Part shown: piece after piece, positions 9,429 to 19,825 of the stretch | Layout of the letters: every line of letters starts with the position of its first letter | Position numbering within the stretch: the stretch's first letter is position 1 | From: Gemmatimonadales bacterium | GTDB taxonomy: Bacteria; Gemmatimonadota; Gemmatimonadetes; Gemmatimonadales; GWC2-71-9 | DNA length: 64,000 bases | NCBI GenBank assembly: GCA_033853695.1 | Contig: JAWOLH010000023.1 | Location: forward strand, 22,215 to 86,214 | Reading direction: 5' to 3' | Notes under the pieces: model-generated | The model's input: only the letters and a program-made list of their open reading frames with translations | Told to the model about the DNA's origin: nothing | Databases searched by the model: none | Position numbers and translations under genes: made by a program

Positions 9429-12184
9429 CCCACCAGCTCCAGGATGCCGTGCCGCCGCGGGTCCTGCCGGTCACCGCGCAGCCACACCCACCCGCCCCCG
9501 CCGCTCCAGGCCAGCTGTCCGACCCGGCGCTCGCGCCCCGGAGCCATCTCGTTGACGATCACATCGAACCCCACGCGTCCCCCGACGTGCGTCAGCAGCC
9601 CCTCGGGCCACGCGATCGCCAGTGTCACGCAATAGCCCTCGCTCGTCCTGCGCCACGCTCCCCGTACGCTGTGTGCGTCGCCCGCGGCATCGGAGACGAC
9701 ACGCGTACGGATCGCCGATCCGCCCGGATCGGGCACCACGAGATACCCCCAGGACGTCCCTCCGTCCCCGACCTCGGACGCTTCCGAGAGATAGACCTGC
9801 ACGCCATCCGAATGGATGTCGTCCGGCTCGTTGTCGAGCCGCAACGGTGGCGCTTCGGCTGAACGGAACTCGAGCTCCTGCTTGTGCACGACGATCGCCA
9901 GGTAGAGCGCATCGTCGTCCCAATTCGCGAACACGCGCGCGGCAAAATCCTCGGGGCCGGAATACGGCTCCTCGCTGCGACGATACTGGTCTTCGAGCTC
10001 CAGGAGCAACGGCTCCGCCGGATCGAACCCCTCGAGTGACCCGTCGAGAGCGGGAGGCGCCGGTACGCGCAGCGCGGCGGCCGTGGGGCGAACCGCGGGC
10101 TCGAGGTCGAGCATGGCACCGGGCTGTTGCGGTGCTCGCACCGTGGCGAGACCGATCCGGCTCCCGCCCTGCTCGATCGTCCACTCGTTGCCCGCGAACC
10201 GATGGCGCTCGGTGCCGCTCGGGGTCTTGATCTCCACGAGATCGCCGCTCAACCGCATCCCAAGCACCGCGGTACCGCGCTTTCCATATTCCAGCACCGT
10301 CACGAATCGGGCGTTGCGGGCGCGCACCCGCTGGAGGTAGAACGTCTCGCGCGCGGCGCGATCCGGCCTTCCCGGACGCTCGGCCCTCAAGAGCTCGCCG
10401 GCAAACAGGAAATGCGCCGTCAGTGATCGGCTGCCGGCTGTCAGCTCCAGCACTACCGGAGCGGCCTCCGTTTCGACGCGCTCGACGCGACTCACAAACT
10501 CGTCCAGGAGCTCCGCATCCCTCCACCGCCCGCCCTCGACCTCGCCGCGACCGGCGAAGTGCCACGCCAGTTCGAGCAAACGCTCCTCGCGACCCGCGAG
10601 CTCGATCACATCGAGCGTGTAGCGCTCGCCCATGACGACGGTTCGCGTCAGTGGCCCGAATCGGCCTCGCGCCCACCCCCAGTCCCGTACGGCATCAAAC
10701 CCTTCGATCGCCGCCTCTGCGAGCGGCTGTGACTTCCCGTCGAGGCGGGGCGCGTTATGCGCCAGCGTGGAGCGGTACCAGAACAACTCCCGGGTGACGT
10801 AAGATCCCGTCCCGAGATCGGGGAGCCAGTACACGCCGTCGCCGTGCAACGTGAGATTCAGCCGATCGGGATGACCGTGCCCGCCGCCCGTCGCCCCGCA
10901 TTCTAGACTCGCGTAGCGCCCTCCGATTCGCAGCACCGCGAGCCCCTGCCCTTCGAGAAACACGCTCGGCAGAGCGGTCGGCGATCCGGATGCCGGGAGC
11001 TCGGGGAGCATCTCGAGCAGCGACCACCAGGAGAGCTGCCGGCGGGAATGGGAGGTGGGTGCCGGGTCCACGGGTGCGTCGTGCAGGTACGACTCGAACA
11101 CTTCTTCGTGAACCGGTCCGGTCGCGTAGAGGGCCCCGAGCCATGCGCCCAGATCCGACGCCGTCTGCGCCGCCTCCCGCTCCGCTCCCCCCAACCGCCC
11201 GAGGCCCACTTCCCACATCTCGAGGTACATCGGTTGGGCGAGGGAAATGCCGAAACGGGAATCCTTGCGAGCCGGAAAGGTGAAATCGGGCAGCGCCGTC
11301 AGCCCGGGGGCGCGCAGCGCTTTGGCGAGGGCATTGACCAGCGCGGGCTCCGCGTAGAAATCGACGCCGGCCTCGGCCGCCCAGATGGTGCCGGTGAGCA
11401 TGCCGCGCAGCGCGAAGAGATGATAGTTCTCGCCCTCGTACCAGAGACCGTCCTCCTGATATCCCCGCAGGTGGGCGATCAAACCCGTCTGTCCCTGGAT
11501 CGCGCGAGTCGCGAGGTCCTCGTCCTCGAACCACACCGCGATCGCGCACAGCGCCGCGTTGTTCCACGTCTGGCGATTGGAGAACCCCTCATCGAAATCC
11601 CCGATCAGGTTCGCCGCTTCGTCCGCGACGGTGGTGACCGCCCGGCGGGTCGCGTCATCGAACCACCCGGCTTCCCGGAGCAGGGTCGCCGCGGAGAGGT
11701 AGTTCAGGATCCAGATCGATTCGAGATAGGTCGAGAAGAAGAGTCGGCTGGGGCCGAGGACGTTATCCCGGTTCGGGTACAGGAAGTAGCGATCGCCATA
11801 CGCGCGCAAAATCTCGGCCGAGCGCCTCGCGGCGGGCTCGCCGCCATCGGCCAGCGCGCTGAGCGCCGCCAGCTCGACGGCACGCTCCATGACCCAGAGA
11901 TGCTGGAGCCGGGCCCAGGCTCGGTGATGCCGGGCGCCGGAGTGACGCGTGTGGCAGGTCGGACAGGTGTGCGCATCGGGACTCCACGGATCGAAGCGCA
12001 ACGTGGCGCCGTCCGCAGGACAGCGTCCCCCGTCGACGCTCAACAGCGCCTTGACCTCCGGAATGGACGGGAGCTGCTGCAGTACGCGCGCGTTGCGTCG
12101 AGCGATGTGCTCGGCCAGGGCCTGCAGATCGGCCGACTGCGCGATCACCTCGCGGCGCCCCGTCAGCACCTCGGCGCTCACCAT
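9425..12184 (-). CDS. Heparinase II/III-like polysaccharide lyase with C-terminal CBM9-like domain
   Basis: SNRQTWNN, DGLWYEGENYH, GGGHGHPDRLNL, DLGTGSY and WYRSTLAHN; C-terminal WDDDALYLAI..DGVQVY..GFDVIVN. Confidence 0.8.
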   Translation of the reverse strand: MVSAEVLTGRREVIAQSADLQALAEHIARRNARVLQQLPSIPEVKALLSVDGGRCPADGATLRFDPWSPDAHTCPTCHTRHSGARHHRAWARLQHLWVMERAVELAALSALADGGEPAARRSAEILRAYGDRYFLYPNRDNVLGPSRLFFSTYLESIWILNYLSAATLLREAGWFDDATRRAVTTVADEAANLIGDFDEGFSNRQTWNNAALCAIAVWFEDEDLATRAIQGQTGLIAHLRGYQEDGLWYEGENYHLFALRGMLTGTIWAAEAGVDFYAEPALVNALAKALRAPGLTALPDFTFPARKDSRFGISLAQPMYLEMWEVGLGRLGGAEREAAQTASDLGAWLGALYATGPVHEEVFESYLHDAPVDPAPTSHSRRQLSWWSLLEMLPELPASGSPTALPSVFLEGQGLAVLRIGGRYASLECGATGGGHGHPDRLNLTLHGDGVYWLPDLGTGSYVTRELFWYRSTLAHNAPRLDGKSQPLAEAAIEGFDAVRDWGWARGRFGPLTRTVVMGERYTLDVIELAGREERLLELAWHFAGRGEVEGGRWRDAELLDEFVSRVERVETEAAPVVLELTAGSRSLTAHFLFAGELLRAERPGRPDRAARETFYLQRVRARNARFVTVLEYGKRGTAVLGMRLSGDLVEIKTPSGTERHRFAGNEWTIEQGGSRIGLATVRAPQQPGAMLDLEPAVRPTAAALRVPAPPALDGSLEGFDPAEPLLLELEDQYRRSEEPYSGPEDFAARVFANWDDDALYLAIVVHKQELEFRSAEAPPLRLDNEPDDIHSDGVQVYLSEASEVGDGGTSWGYLVVPDPGGSAIRTRVVSDAAGDAHSVRGAWRRTSEGYCVTLAIAWPEGLLTHVGGRVGFDVIVNEMAPGRERRVGQLAWSGGGGWVWLRGDRQDPRRHGILELVG

Positions 12185-13194
12185 GCCCGCCCACCCTCCC
12201 ACGCGAATCCAAACGGCAGTACCGTGGCACCCGCGGCACGGGCGGCATCCGGCGCCGCCGTTCCCGGCGACTTCGCGAGAAAGAACATCGAGCCCCCCGC
12301 ACCGGCGCCCGCCGCCTTGCCGCCGAGCACTCCCGCTCCCCGCATCGCCTGCTCGAGGCGAGCCATCTCAGCGGTCTGCATCCCGGCGTCGAGCGCCTGC
12401 TGGCACTTCCAGTTCCGGGTCAAGAGCACACCAATTTGCGCGACATTCGCCGCCCGGAGGGCCTCCGCCATTGCCTCCGCGACATCCTTCATTTCGTCGA
12501 GCGCCCCCGTCACCGTTCGATCGCCGCGCTCGTACGCGCCCATGACCCGGGCAATCGTGTCCCCCGATACCCGCGAGCGGCCGGTGTAGCACAACACGAT
12601 CTGCCGCTCGAGGACGGTGGCGAACGCAGGATCGATGGTGATCGGCTCGATCCCGACGTCCGGATCGCGAAACGTCAACCGGTTGAATCCGCCCAGCGCC
12701 GCCGCCAGTTGATCCTGCCGGCCCCCCGGAATCCGGGCTTCGCGCGTCTCGAGCAACCACGCCTGCTCGGCCAGCTCGCGGGCATCGAGCCGCTCCTGCC
12801 GCGCTGCGGCGAGACACGCGACGAGCGCGACGTCCAGTGCCCCCGAGCTCCCCAACCCCGAGCCCGGCGGCACCTGCGCCCGGGTGCGCAAGGTGAGCGC
12901 GCCCTGCACCGGGAACATGCGCAGCCCTGCCTTCAGGAGGTTGAGCCTGCCGTCGAGGACCAGCCCATGGGAATTCGCGCACTCGACGGTCTCGCCCAGA
13001 TCCTCGGAGACGAGACGGACCAGCGTGCCTCCGAGCTCCAGCTCCGCGTCCACCTGCAGGGAGATCGCGGCGTTCACGACGACGCCGCCCGCGCGGGCCG
13101 AGAATGGCGGGACATCGGTCCACCCGCCCGCGAAGTCGAGCCGCACCGGGGCACTCGACCGGTAGCTCGTCGGAAGATCGGTGCGTCGGGTCAT
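12178..13194 (-). CDS. GHMP-family sugar kinase (HddA/fucokinase-like)
   Basis: APVRLDFAGGWTD, VPPGSGLGSSG, GGRQDQ and GKAAGAGAGG. Confidence 0.9.
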   Translation of the reverse strand: MTRRTDLPTSYRSSAPVRLDFAGGWTDVPPFSARAGGVVVNAAISLQVDAELELGGTLVRLVSEDLGETVECANSHGLVLDGRLNLLKAGLRMFPVQGALTLRTRAQVPPGSGLGSSGALDVALVACLAAARQERLDARELAEQAWLLETREARIPGGRQDQLAAALGGFNRLTFRDPDVGIEPITIDPAFATVLERQIVLCYTGRSRVSGDTIARVMGAYERGDRTVTGALDEMKDVAEAMAEALRAANVAQIGVLLTRNWKCQQALDAGMQTAEMARLEQAMRGAGVLGGKAAGAGAGGSMFFLAKSPGTAAPDAARAAGATVLPFGFAWEGGRAW

Positions 13195-14636
13195 CGGGCC
13201 GTCCACCATCGGTCGACACTCACCAGCTCGCCGCGCATGTCCATCGTCACTCCCCGCAGGCGCCGGTTCATGCCCTGCACGCCGCGCGCGTCATACAGCC
13301 AGGCCACGGGCGTTTGCGTCGCGAAATAGCGCTGGGCCAGGGCGGGGTCGGCCGGCGCCGCAACGCCGGCGACCTGGGCGATGTGCGTGAGATATCCGAG
13401 GCCCACGTCGCCCGGAATGCCCATCATCGCCGCATCGAACTCGTGCCGCGGGCCGTTCACCCGGGCCAGGTACGCCGACAGCTCGAGCTGTCGGATCGCC
13501 ACGTCGAACCCCGCCGCAGCCAATCGCGCCTGCACCAGCTGCTCCACGGCCGCCTCTCCACTGCCCACGGTCAACAGCTCGAACCGCGGCCGTCGACCCG
13601 CCAGCAATCGTCTCGCGGAATCCGGCGCAAACGGCGTGGGAACGGTAGGGACATACCCCGGCAGGAACGCGGGGACGGGACCGACCGCTCGTGTCCCGAA
13701 CCCGAAGAGAAAGCCACGGATGATCTCGTCCCGGTTAATCGCGAGATCGGCGGCGTGCCGCACCGTCGGATCATCGAACGGCGCGTGTCGTGTGTTGAAC
13801 ACCAGGCCGTACACGAAGATGAGCGGGTAGCTCACGACCGTGAGCGCCGGATCGCGGCGCACGAACTCGGCGTGTGCCGCATTGATCCCCGCGATGTCCA
13901 GCTCTCCCGACGTGAGCGCCGCCAACTTGGTCATCGGCTCGTCGACCACGACCACGATAAACCGCTCGAGGCGGGGCGGCCCCCCCAGGGCCTCGGGGAA
14001 GGCGGGGTTCCGGACAAAGACCCAGCGGCGGTGCGGCTCGTGTGCCACGAAGCGGAACGGGCCGTTGCCGACGGGATGGTCATTCCACGCAGCCAATCGC
14101 AGCCGTTCCCGCGGCACCGTGTCGAGGAGATGGGCCGGTAGAATGGCGAGGTCCGCGAGGACGTCCGGGACTCGGCCCTGAGCCTCGCGAAACCGGATGA
14201 CGATGGTCGAATCATCCGGCACCTCCACCCGGGAGACCGTCGCCAGGTCGGCGAGACGCGGATATCCGACCACGGGATCGCGGGCCGCATCGAGCGTCCA
14301 GGCGACATCCCGGGCGACCGTGGGGCGTCCATCGTCCCATGTGAGCCCGCGATAGAGCGAGAGGGTGAGCGTAGACCGATCCTCGGACCAGCGCCAGCTC
14401 CGGGCGAGGTAGGGCTCGATGTCGAGCGCCGAATCGTAGCGTACCAGGGTCGTGAGCAGCACGTAGCGCTGCACCTGCTTGGCCAGCGGATGCTCGGTGA
14501 GCAGCGGATTGATGCTCACGAGATCCGCGCCGGACGCGTAGAGCACCGTCGCGCCACGGCGCGTGGCGGCATCTGCGCACCCGCACCCCGCCGCCGCGAG
14601 CGCGGCGCACCCGACGGCCAGAATCGCACGCCGCAT
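13191..14636 (-). CDS. ABC transporter substrate-binding protein, family 5 (peptide/nickel)
   Basis: Lipoprotein-like signal, PYLARSWRWSED, TWDDGRP..ARDV and PVGNGPFRF. Confidence 0.9.
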   Translation of the reverse strand: MRRAILAVGCAALAAAGCGCADAATRRGATVLYASGADLVSINPLLTEHPLAKQVQRYVLLTTLVRYDSALDIEPYLARSWRWSEDRSTLTLSLYRGLTWDDGRPTVARDVAWTLDAARDPVVGYPRLADLATVSRVEVPDDSTIVIRFREAQGRVPDVLADLAILPAHLLDTVPRERLRLAAWNDHPVGNGPFRFVAHEPHRRWVFVRNPAFPEALGGPPRLERFIVVVVDEPMTKLAALTSGELDIAGINAAHAEFVRRDPALTVVSYPLIFVYGLVFNTRHAPFDDPTVRHAADLAINRDEIIRGFLFGFGTRAVGPVPAFLPGYVPTVPTPFAPDSARRLLAGRRPRFELLTVGSGEAAVEQLVQARLAAAGFDVAIRQLELSAYLARVNGPRHEFDAAMMGIPGDVGLGYLTHIAQVAGVAAPADPALAQRYFATQTPVAWLYDARGVQGMNRRLRGVTMDMRGELVSVDRWWTAR

Positions 14637-14682
14637 CCGCGTGGATTCTAGCGGGCCCCGGGGGAGGGCGCGAGATTGCGGG

Positions 14683-15660
14683 ATGCGGACGCTCGTCCAC
14701 CGGGCTCTCAGCGCCCTCGCCGTGGTGGCCGGTGTCCTCACGCTGACCTTCCTGCTGCTCCACGCCGCCCCCGGGGACCCCGCCGGCCTGCTGCTCGGCC
14801 CATCGGCGACGCCGGCGCAGATCGCCGCCGGCCGACACAGCCTCGGGCTCGATCGGCCGCTGGCGATCCAGTACGCGGAGTGGCTCGACCGCTTCGTGCG
14901 CGGCCAGTGGGGCACGAGCATCGTCACTGGCCGGCCGGTGCGCGAGATGCTCGGCGCCGCATGGCCGGCGACGGTGCGGCTCGTGCTCCTCTCCCTGCTT
15001 CTGAGCTACGGCCTTGGCCTGCTCTTGGGGGCGTGGCAGGCGGCGCGCGCCGGCAGTCGGCTCGACACGGGTCTCTCGGTCGTCAGCGTTTCGCTCGTCG
15101 CGCTCCCGGGATTCTGGCTCGGGCTGATGCTGGTGGCGGTATTCACCTATCTGTTGCGCGTGCTCCCGGCATTCGGCGCAGCGGGATTCGACGCCGACTT
15201 TCTCGGGCCGTGGGCGCGCGTCGTCGACGCCTTCCGTCACCTGGTGTTGCCGCTGGCTACGCTCACGCTGATCGGCATCGGCGCTGCTGCGCGCTTCGTC
15301 CGCGGATCACTGCTCGACGTGCTCGACCAGCCGTTCGTGGTCACCGCCCGTGCCAAGGGTCTCTCCGGCACCCGGGTCCTGCTGGGCCACGCACTGCGCA
15401 ACGCGGCCACACCCGTGATCACACTGCTCGGCCTTTCGCTGCCGGCGCTCTTCTCGGGCGCCGTGTTCGTGGAAGGGGTGTTCGCCTGGCCGGGGGTAGG
15501 CCGGGTGCTCGTGGAAGCGGTGCAGGCCCGGGACTATCCGGTCGTGATGGCGGGAACGGCGATCAGCGCGCTCCTCGTCGTGCTGGGAAACGTGCTCGCC
15601 GACGTCGGCGCCGTCGCGGTCGATCCGAGACTGCGCACGCGGGATCGCACCATCGCATGA
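14683..15660 (+). CDS. ABC transporter permease (OppB/DppB-like)
   Basis: APGDPA, GLDRPLAIQY, HLVLP, TARAKGLS..HALRNA, EGVFAWPGVG and RDYPVV. Confidence 0.92.
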   Translation: MRTLVHRALSALAVVAGVLTLTFLLLHAAPGDPAGLLLGPSATPAQIAAGRHSLGLDRPLAIQYAEWLDRFVRGQWGTSIVTGRPVREMLGAAWPATVRLVLLSLLLSYGLGLLLGAWQAARAGSRLDTGLSVVSVSLVALPGFWLGLMLVAVFTYLLRVLPAFGAAGFDADFLGPWARVVDAFRHLVLPLATLTLIGIGAAARFVRGSLLDVLDQPFVVTARAKGLSGTRVLLGHALRNAATPVITLLGLSLPALFSGAVFVEGVFAWPGVGRVLVEAVQARDYPVVMAGTAISALLVVLGNVLADVGAVAVDPRLRTRDRTIA

Positions 15661-16532
15661 GCGGCCTGTGGCGGGACCGGCGCAGCGCCTTCGGGATCGC
15701 GCTGCTCTCCATCGTGATCGCGACGGCACTGGCGGCGCCACTCGTGACTGCTGGAGATACGAATGTCCCATCCGAGATCGTCGCCACGCGCTTCCTCGCA
15801 CCGTTGTCGCAGGACGTCCACGGCGCGTTCCATCTTCTTGGCACCGACCGCATCGGCCGTGACGTGTGGACCCGGCTCGTCTACGGAGGCCGGATCTCCC
15901 TCGCCATCGGATTTCTGTCGGTCATCATCTCCGTGGCGCTCGGCGTGTTCATCGGTGGCCTGGCAGGCTGGTGGCACGGCTGGGCCTCGGCAGCACTCAC
16001 CGCCCTGACCGATTTCGCCCTCGCCCTGCCCCGGGTCGTCGTGCTGCTGCTGCTCACGGCGCTGTGGCGACCGAGCACGTCGCTCGTCATCCTGTTTCTC
16101 GGAATGACCGGATGGATGCCGGTCGCCCGACTCGTCCAGGGCGAGGTGCGGACGCTCAGCACGCACCCGTTCGTCGAGGGTGCGAAGGCCAGCGGGGCCC
16201 GGCCGTTCCGGGTGTTCTGGCGGCACGTCCTCCCGAGCGCCCTCACGCCGGTGTTCGTCACGGCGGCACTCGGCGTGGGAAACGCCATTCTCGTAGAAGC
16301 GGGGTTGTCCTATTTCGGCCTGGGCGTCCAACCGCCCACCCCCTCATGGGGCAACATGATCGCGTCGGGACGCGATACCCTGGTCAATGCGCCATGGGTG
16401 GCGGCGGCGCCGGGGGTGGTCTTGGCGGTCGTTGTAGTGAGCTGCACGCTGGTAGGGGATGGGTTGAGAGATGTGGTTGGTCGTCGGGCATCGGTGAACC
16501 CAAAGGCGTTATCGGTCGTCGATAATCGGTAA
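15657..16532 (+). CDS. ABC transporter permease (OppC/DppC-like)
   Basis: HLLGTDRIGRDVWTRLVYGGRISL, FVEGAKASGA and EAGLSYFGLGVQPPTPSWG; ATGA overlap with the upstream permease. Confidence 0.92.
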   Translation: MSGLWRDRRSAFGIALLSIVIATALAAPLVTAGDTNVPSEIVATRFLAPLSQDVHGAFHLLGTDRIGRDVWTRLVYGGRISLAIGFLSVIISVALGVFIGGLAGWWHGWASAALTALTDFALALPRVVVLLLLTALWRPSTSLVILFLGMTGWMPVARLVQGEVRTLSTHPFVEGAKASGARPFRVFWRHVLPSALTPVFVTAALGVGNAILVEAGLSYFGLGVQPPTPSWGNMIASGRDTLVNAPWVAAAPGVVLAVVVVSCTLVGDGLRDVVGRRASVNPKALSVVDNR

Positions 16533-17186
16533 CTCACCGGTGACCGACTTCACTCTTTCCAACACGTCCCCGCGAATCTCGTGTCCCCCTTCAAACCGCT
16601 CGATCCGGTACCCGATCCCCTGCTCCGTCAGCCGCTGCTCGTCTCGCGCCAGCACTTTGGGCGTGATGAACTGATCGGTACTTCCGGCGACCAGCAGGAC
16701 AGCAGTGTGTTCCCACCGCTCGCGCACCAGCGCCAGATCAAGATCGGGGGGTACTTCCCCGCCCCAGAGAATGAGACGGTCGGCGTGAGCCCGGCCGAGC
16801 GCCAGCCAGCGGCAGGCGGTGGCCGTGCCCTGAGAAAATCCCAGCACGTGGATCGCGCCTGTAGGCCGACGCTCGCGTGTCACCTCAGCGTACACGGCGT
16901 CCAAGTAATGCACGTAGTCGTCGATTTCGGTGAGCCGATCTTCCCGGGTCATCCAACTCGCGCCGACCTTGTCACGCGCATCCCCCCCGAGATAGAAGCG
17001 TGACAGACCCTCGGGGGCCACGACCATCCGGAGGTCGTCGGCCAATGCAGTGAAATGCCGGAGGAAGCGTCCGGCGAGCTGACCGTAGCCGTGGAGCACG
17101 AACCAGATCTGGCGGGCGATCTTCGCGTCGGCCCCGATGGTGTAGTACCGGGCCGACCGTGGGACGCTGAGGTGGTGCTCGTCCAC
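16509..17186 (-). CDS. Phospholipase/carboxylesterase family alpha/beta hydrolase
   Basis: LHGYGQ, GASWMTREDR, GFSQG nucleophile elbow, D and GGH triad residues; GTG start at 17186. Confidence 0.85.
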   Translation of the reverse strand: MDEHHLSVPRSARYYTIGADAKIARQIWFVLHGYGQLAGRFLRHFTALADDLRMVVAPEGLSRFYLGGDARDKVGASWMTREDRLTEIDDYVHYLDAVYAEVTRERRPTGAIHVLGFSQGTATACRWLALGRAHADRLILWGGEVPPDLDLALVRERWEHTAVLLVAGSTDQFITPKVLARDEQRLTEQGIGYRIERFEGGHEIRGDVLERVKSVTGELPIIDDR

Positions 17187-19825
17187 TACCAGCGCACGAC
17201 GGTGGTGAACGTTTCGCGCGGCTCGACGGTGAATCGCACGACGCGTCCGTGGTCCTCCAACACGAGGGGCACGGGATCCCCTTCGTCCAGCCGGGCGCGG
17301 TGCGCACTCCGGACCGGATCGGCGAACCGCCATGCACCCGCCGCCCGTGAGTCTCCCGGATTGAAACAGCGCAGCACGGTCCCGTCTCCCCCGCCGGCGA
17401 CCGGCTTGAGCGCCGAGAAGACGAGTCCCGAGCCCTCCAGCGTCACCCCGCCCGTTGGTGCAGTGAGGCCGATCGCATCGCGAATCCACAACCCCCGCAC
17501 GGGAACGAACACCGACTCCCAGAGCCCTGGGAGCGCGTCGCCATCCGGGACGGACGCCACGGCCAGCTCGACCCGCGTCGGCCCCAGGCACTGCGCCCCC
17601 GGTGTGTCGGTCGGCCACGCCGCGTGCCCGGGGCGGCCCGGGAGATCACTGCGCGACAGCGTCCCGACGGCGCGGAGCAGCGTGACGAGAAGGTCCCCTG
17701 CGCCGGTCCGCTCGTATTCGAAGAATCCGGGCGAGAAGACCGCCACTCCACCAGACTCCCCCGGCACGGCGACGTAACGATGCGCCGGTGCGGTGCGCGG
17801 GGTCGCTTCGAGCGGGAGACCGGCATCGGAGACCGCGGCGAGCGATTGCAGACTGTGACCGAATTGCGTGCCCACGATGGCGGGACGTTGTGACCCGGTC
17901 GGGATGCGTGCCCGTAGCCGGTGATCGGTCGCCTGGTTGTCGATGTCGAGGATGCACCGTACGACCGGACTGTCCGCATGCAGCATGACCGTCATCCGCA
18001 CTGCGACCCGGCCCTGCTTCCTGCCGATCCCCCTCCCACCGCTGAACCTCCAGCGCGTCTCGAGCCCGGCGACGAGGGGACCGGCGGCCACGCGCCGTAC
18101 GCGGATCGGGCCGGGACTGCGCACCATCCGATCGCGCGCCACCGGCCAGAAGGTATACGTATCGCCGGCGTCTCCCTCGCTCTCGAGCCGCAGCACATCG
18201 AGCCACCGCGCGCCACTCGCGCGGTCGTACAGGAGCAGTGCCCCGGTGCGATCGAGCGTCACCACCACATGGCGGTTCACGAGCGAGCGAGCCTGTACTA
18301 GCGCGGCATCCTCGGCGCGCGCCGCCTGTGGCGCTCCGGGGGTGAGGATCGCGGTGCCGAATCCGGGGATCGGAGGCGCGCGCAAGGCGATCCGCACCCG
18401 GTCCACTTCGTCCTGATCGGGATAGTGTCGCCGAGCATCGAGCCGCTCCTGACCGGTGCGCCGGTCGAGCACCTGGAGCGGGATCGGAACGCCATCGGGT
18501 CCGTGCAGCGAGAACGGCTGGGCACCGCGACCCTCGCGCGGCGCGCGCCCGCCCGGCGGCCCGACGAGCACATCGCGCCGGAAGAAGGTGCAGTCCGCGA
18601 TGACGACGCCATCGCGCGCGCGGGGAGCCGGGTTCCAGAGCACGAGGGCGGGAGACTGTGTCACCCCCTGCTCGCGCGCGCGATCGGGATCGTGCCCGAC
18701 GAGATCGAATGCGGCGCCGCGGACGACCTCGTCCGCGTACGTCTGCGCATCGTCGAGTCGCACCGCCGCCTCGCGGGCCACGACGTCGCTCGTCGTCCCG
18801 CAGATCGTGTCGTGAAACTGGCACTGCAGGAGGGTGCGCCACGCCTGCGCGAGCGCCGGCCGGTAATCGCATCCCCGCTGCCGCGCGAGCGCGGCGAGGG
18901 GCTCGGCGGCGCGCGTGAGCCACAGCTCGACGAGCGACATGCGGCGCTTGAGGGGGGCCCGCGTCCCATGCACGCCCTGCAGGGACCATGTGTATCCGGG
19001 CGCGGAGCGCAGCGGACCGGTCAGGACCGGCGCTTCGCGGAATTCGCTCGCCGCGGCGGCGAAGAATTCGTCGAGCCGGGAGACCCGCACGGTGTTGGGC
19101 CGCTCGATCTCGCTCAACTGCTCCTGCAGCCGCGATACATCGAGGGGAGCGGCGTGATGGTCGGCCCCGATGAACACCGGAATCTCGCGCCCCGCAGCGC
19201 GGGCGATCAGCTGGCCACGCACCCACGCCCATGCCTCTTCGATCGAACCCGATTCGCTCGCCAGATCCACGCCGATCTCGTATCCCGACGGAGGGAGGTG
19301 CCACAGCCGCACTTCGGCGCCACTCGGGCCGCGCCAGCGAAACCGGTCACCCTGCTGACCGGGCGCACCGCCCAGTCCGCGCCATAGCACGACGGCGTCG
19401 ATCCCCGTGCCGCGCGCCAGCTCGGGCAAGCACTCCGGGTGGCCGAACGCATCGGGCGAATACAGGACGCCGAGCCGTCCTCCCCACCCCGTCGCATCCA
19501 TGGCGCCGATGAGCAGGTTACGCACCAACGACTCCCCGGAGGAGATCTGCTCATCGGCCAGGACGTACCAGGGACCGACCTGCAAACGCCCCGCCCGGAC
19601 CAGAGCCCGGACCTCCTCCGCACGCTCGGGCCGAGCCCGGGCGTAGTCCTCGAGCAGGACGGTTTGGCCGTCGAGCAGAAAGCTCTTGAATCCCGGATCG
19701 TCACCGAGCCGCTCGAGCAGGTCGTCCAGCATGCCCACGAGCCGGGCGTGCAACGCGGCCCGCGGCAGGTGCCACTCCCGGTCCCAGTGAGTGTGGAATA
19801 TCAAATGAAAGGTGAGGGGGGCCAT
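17186..19825 (-). CDS. Glycoside hydrolase family 38 alpha-mannosidase (MngB-like)
   Basis: HTHWDREW, FLLDGQ, VGPWYVLADE, PDAFGH, QFHDTICG and TLLRAVG. Confidence 0.92.
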   Translation of the reverse strand: MAPLTFHLIFHTHWDREWHLPRAALHARLVGMLDDLLERLGDDPGFKSFLLDGQTVLLEDYARARPERAEEVRALVRAGRLQVGPWYVLADEQISSGESLVRNLLIGAMDATGWGGRLGVLYSPDAFGHPECLPELARGTGIDAVVLWRGLGGAPGQQGDRFRWRGPSGAEVRLWHLPPSGYEIGVDLASESGSIEEAWAWVRGQLIARAAGREIPVFIGADHHAAPLDVSRLQEQLSEIERPNTVRVSRLDEFFAAAASEFREAPVLTGPLRSAPGYTWSLQGVHGTRAPLKRRMSLVELWLTRAAEPLAALARQRGCDYRPALAQAWRTLLQCQFHDTICGTTSDVVAREAAVRLDDAQTYADEVVRGAAFDLVGHDPDRAREQGVTQSPALVLWNPAPRARDGVVIADCTFFRRDVLVGPPGGRAPREGRGAQPFSLHGPDGVPIPLQVLDRRTGQERLDARRHYPDQDEVDRVRIALRAPPIPGFGTAILTPGAPQAARAEDAALVQARSLVNRHVVVTLDRTGALLLYDRASGARWLDVLRLESEGDAGDTYTFWPVARDRMVRSPGPIRVRRVAAGPLVAGLETRWRFSGGRGIGRKQGRVAVRMTVMLHADSPVVRCILDIDNQATDHRLRARIPTGSQRPAIVGTQFGHSLQSLAAVSDAGLPLEATPRTAPAHRYVAVPGESGGVAVFSPGFFEYERTGAGDLLVTLLRAVGTLSRSDLPGRPGHAAWPTDTPGAQCLGPTRVELAVASVPDGDALPGLWESVFVPVRGLWIRDAIGLTAPTGGVTLEGSGLVFSALKPVAGGGDGTVLRCFNPGDSRAAGAWRFADPVRSAHRARLDEGDPVPLVLEDHGRVVRFTVEPRETFTTVVRW

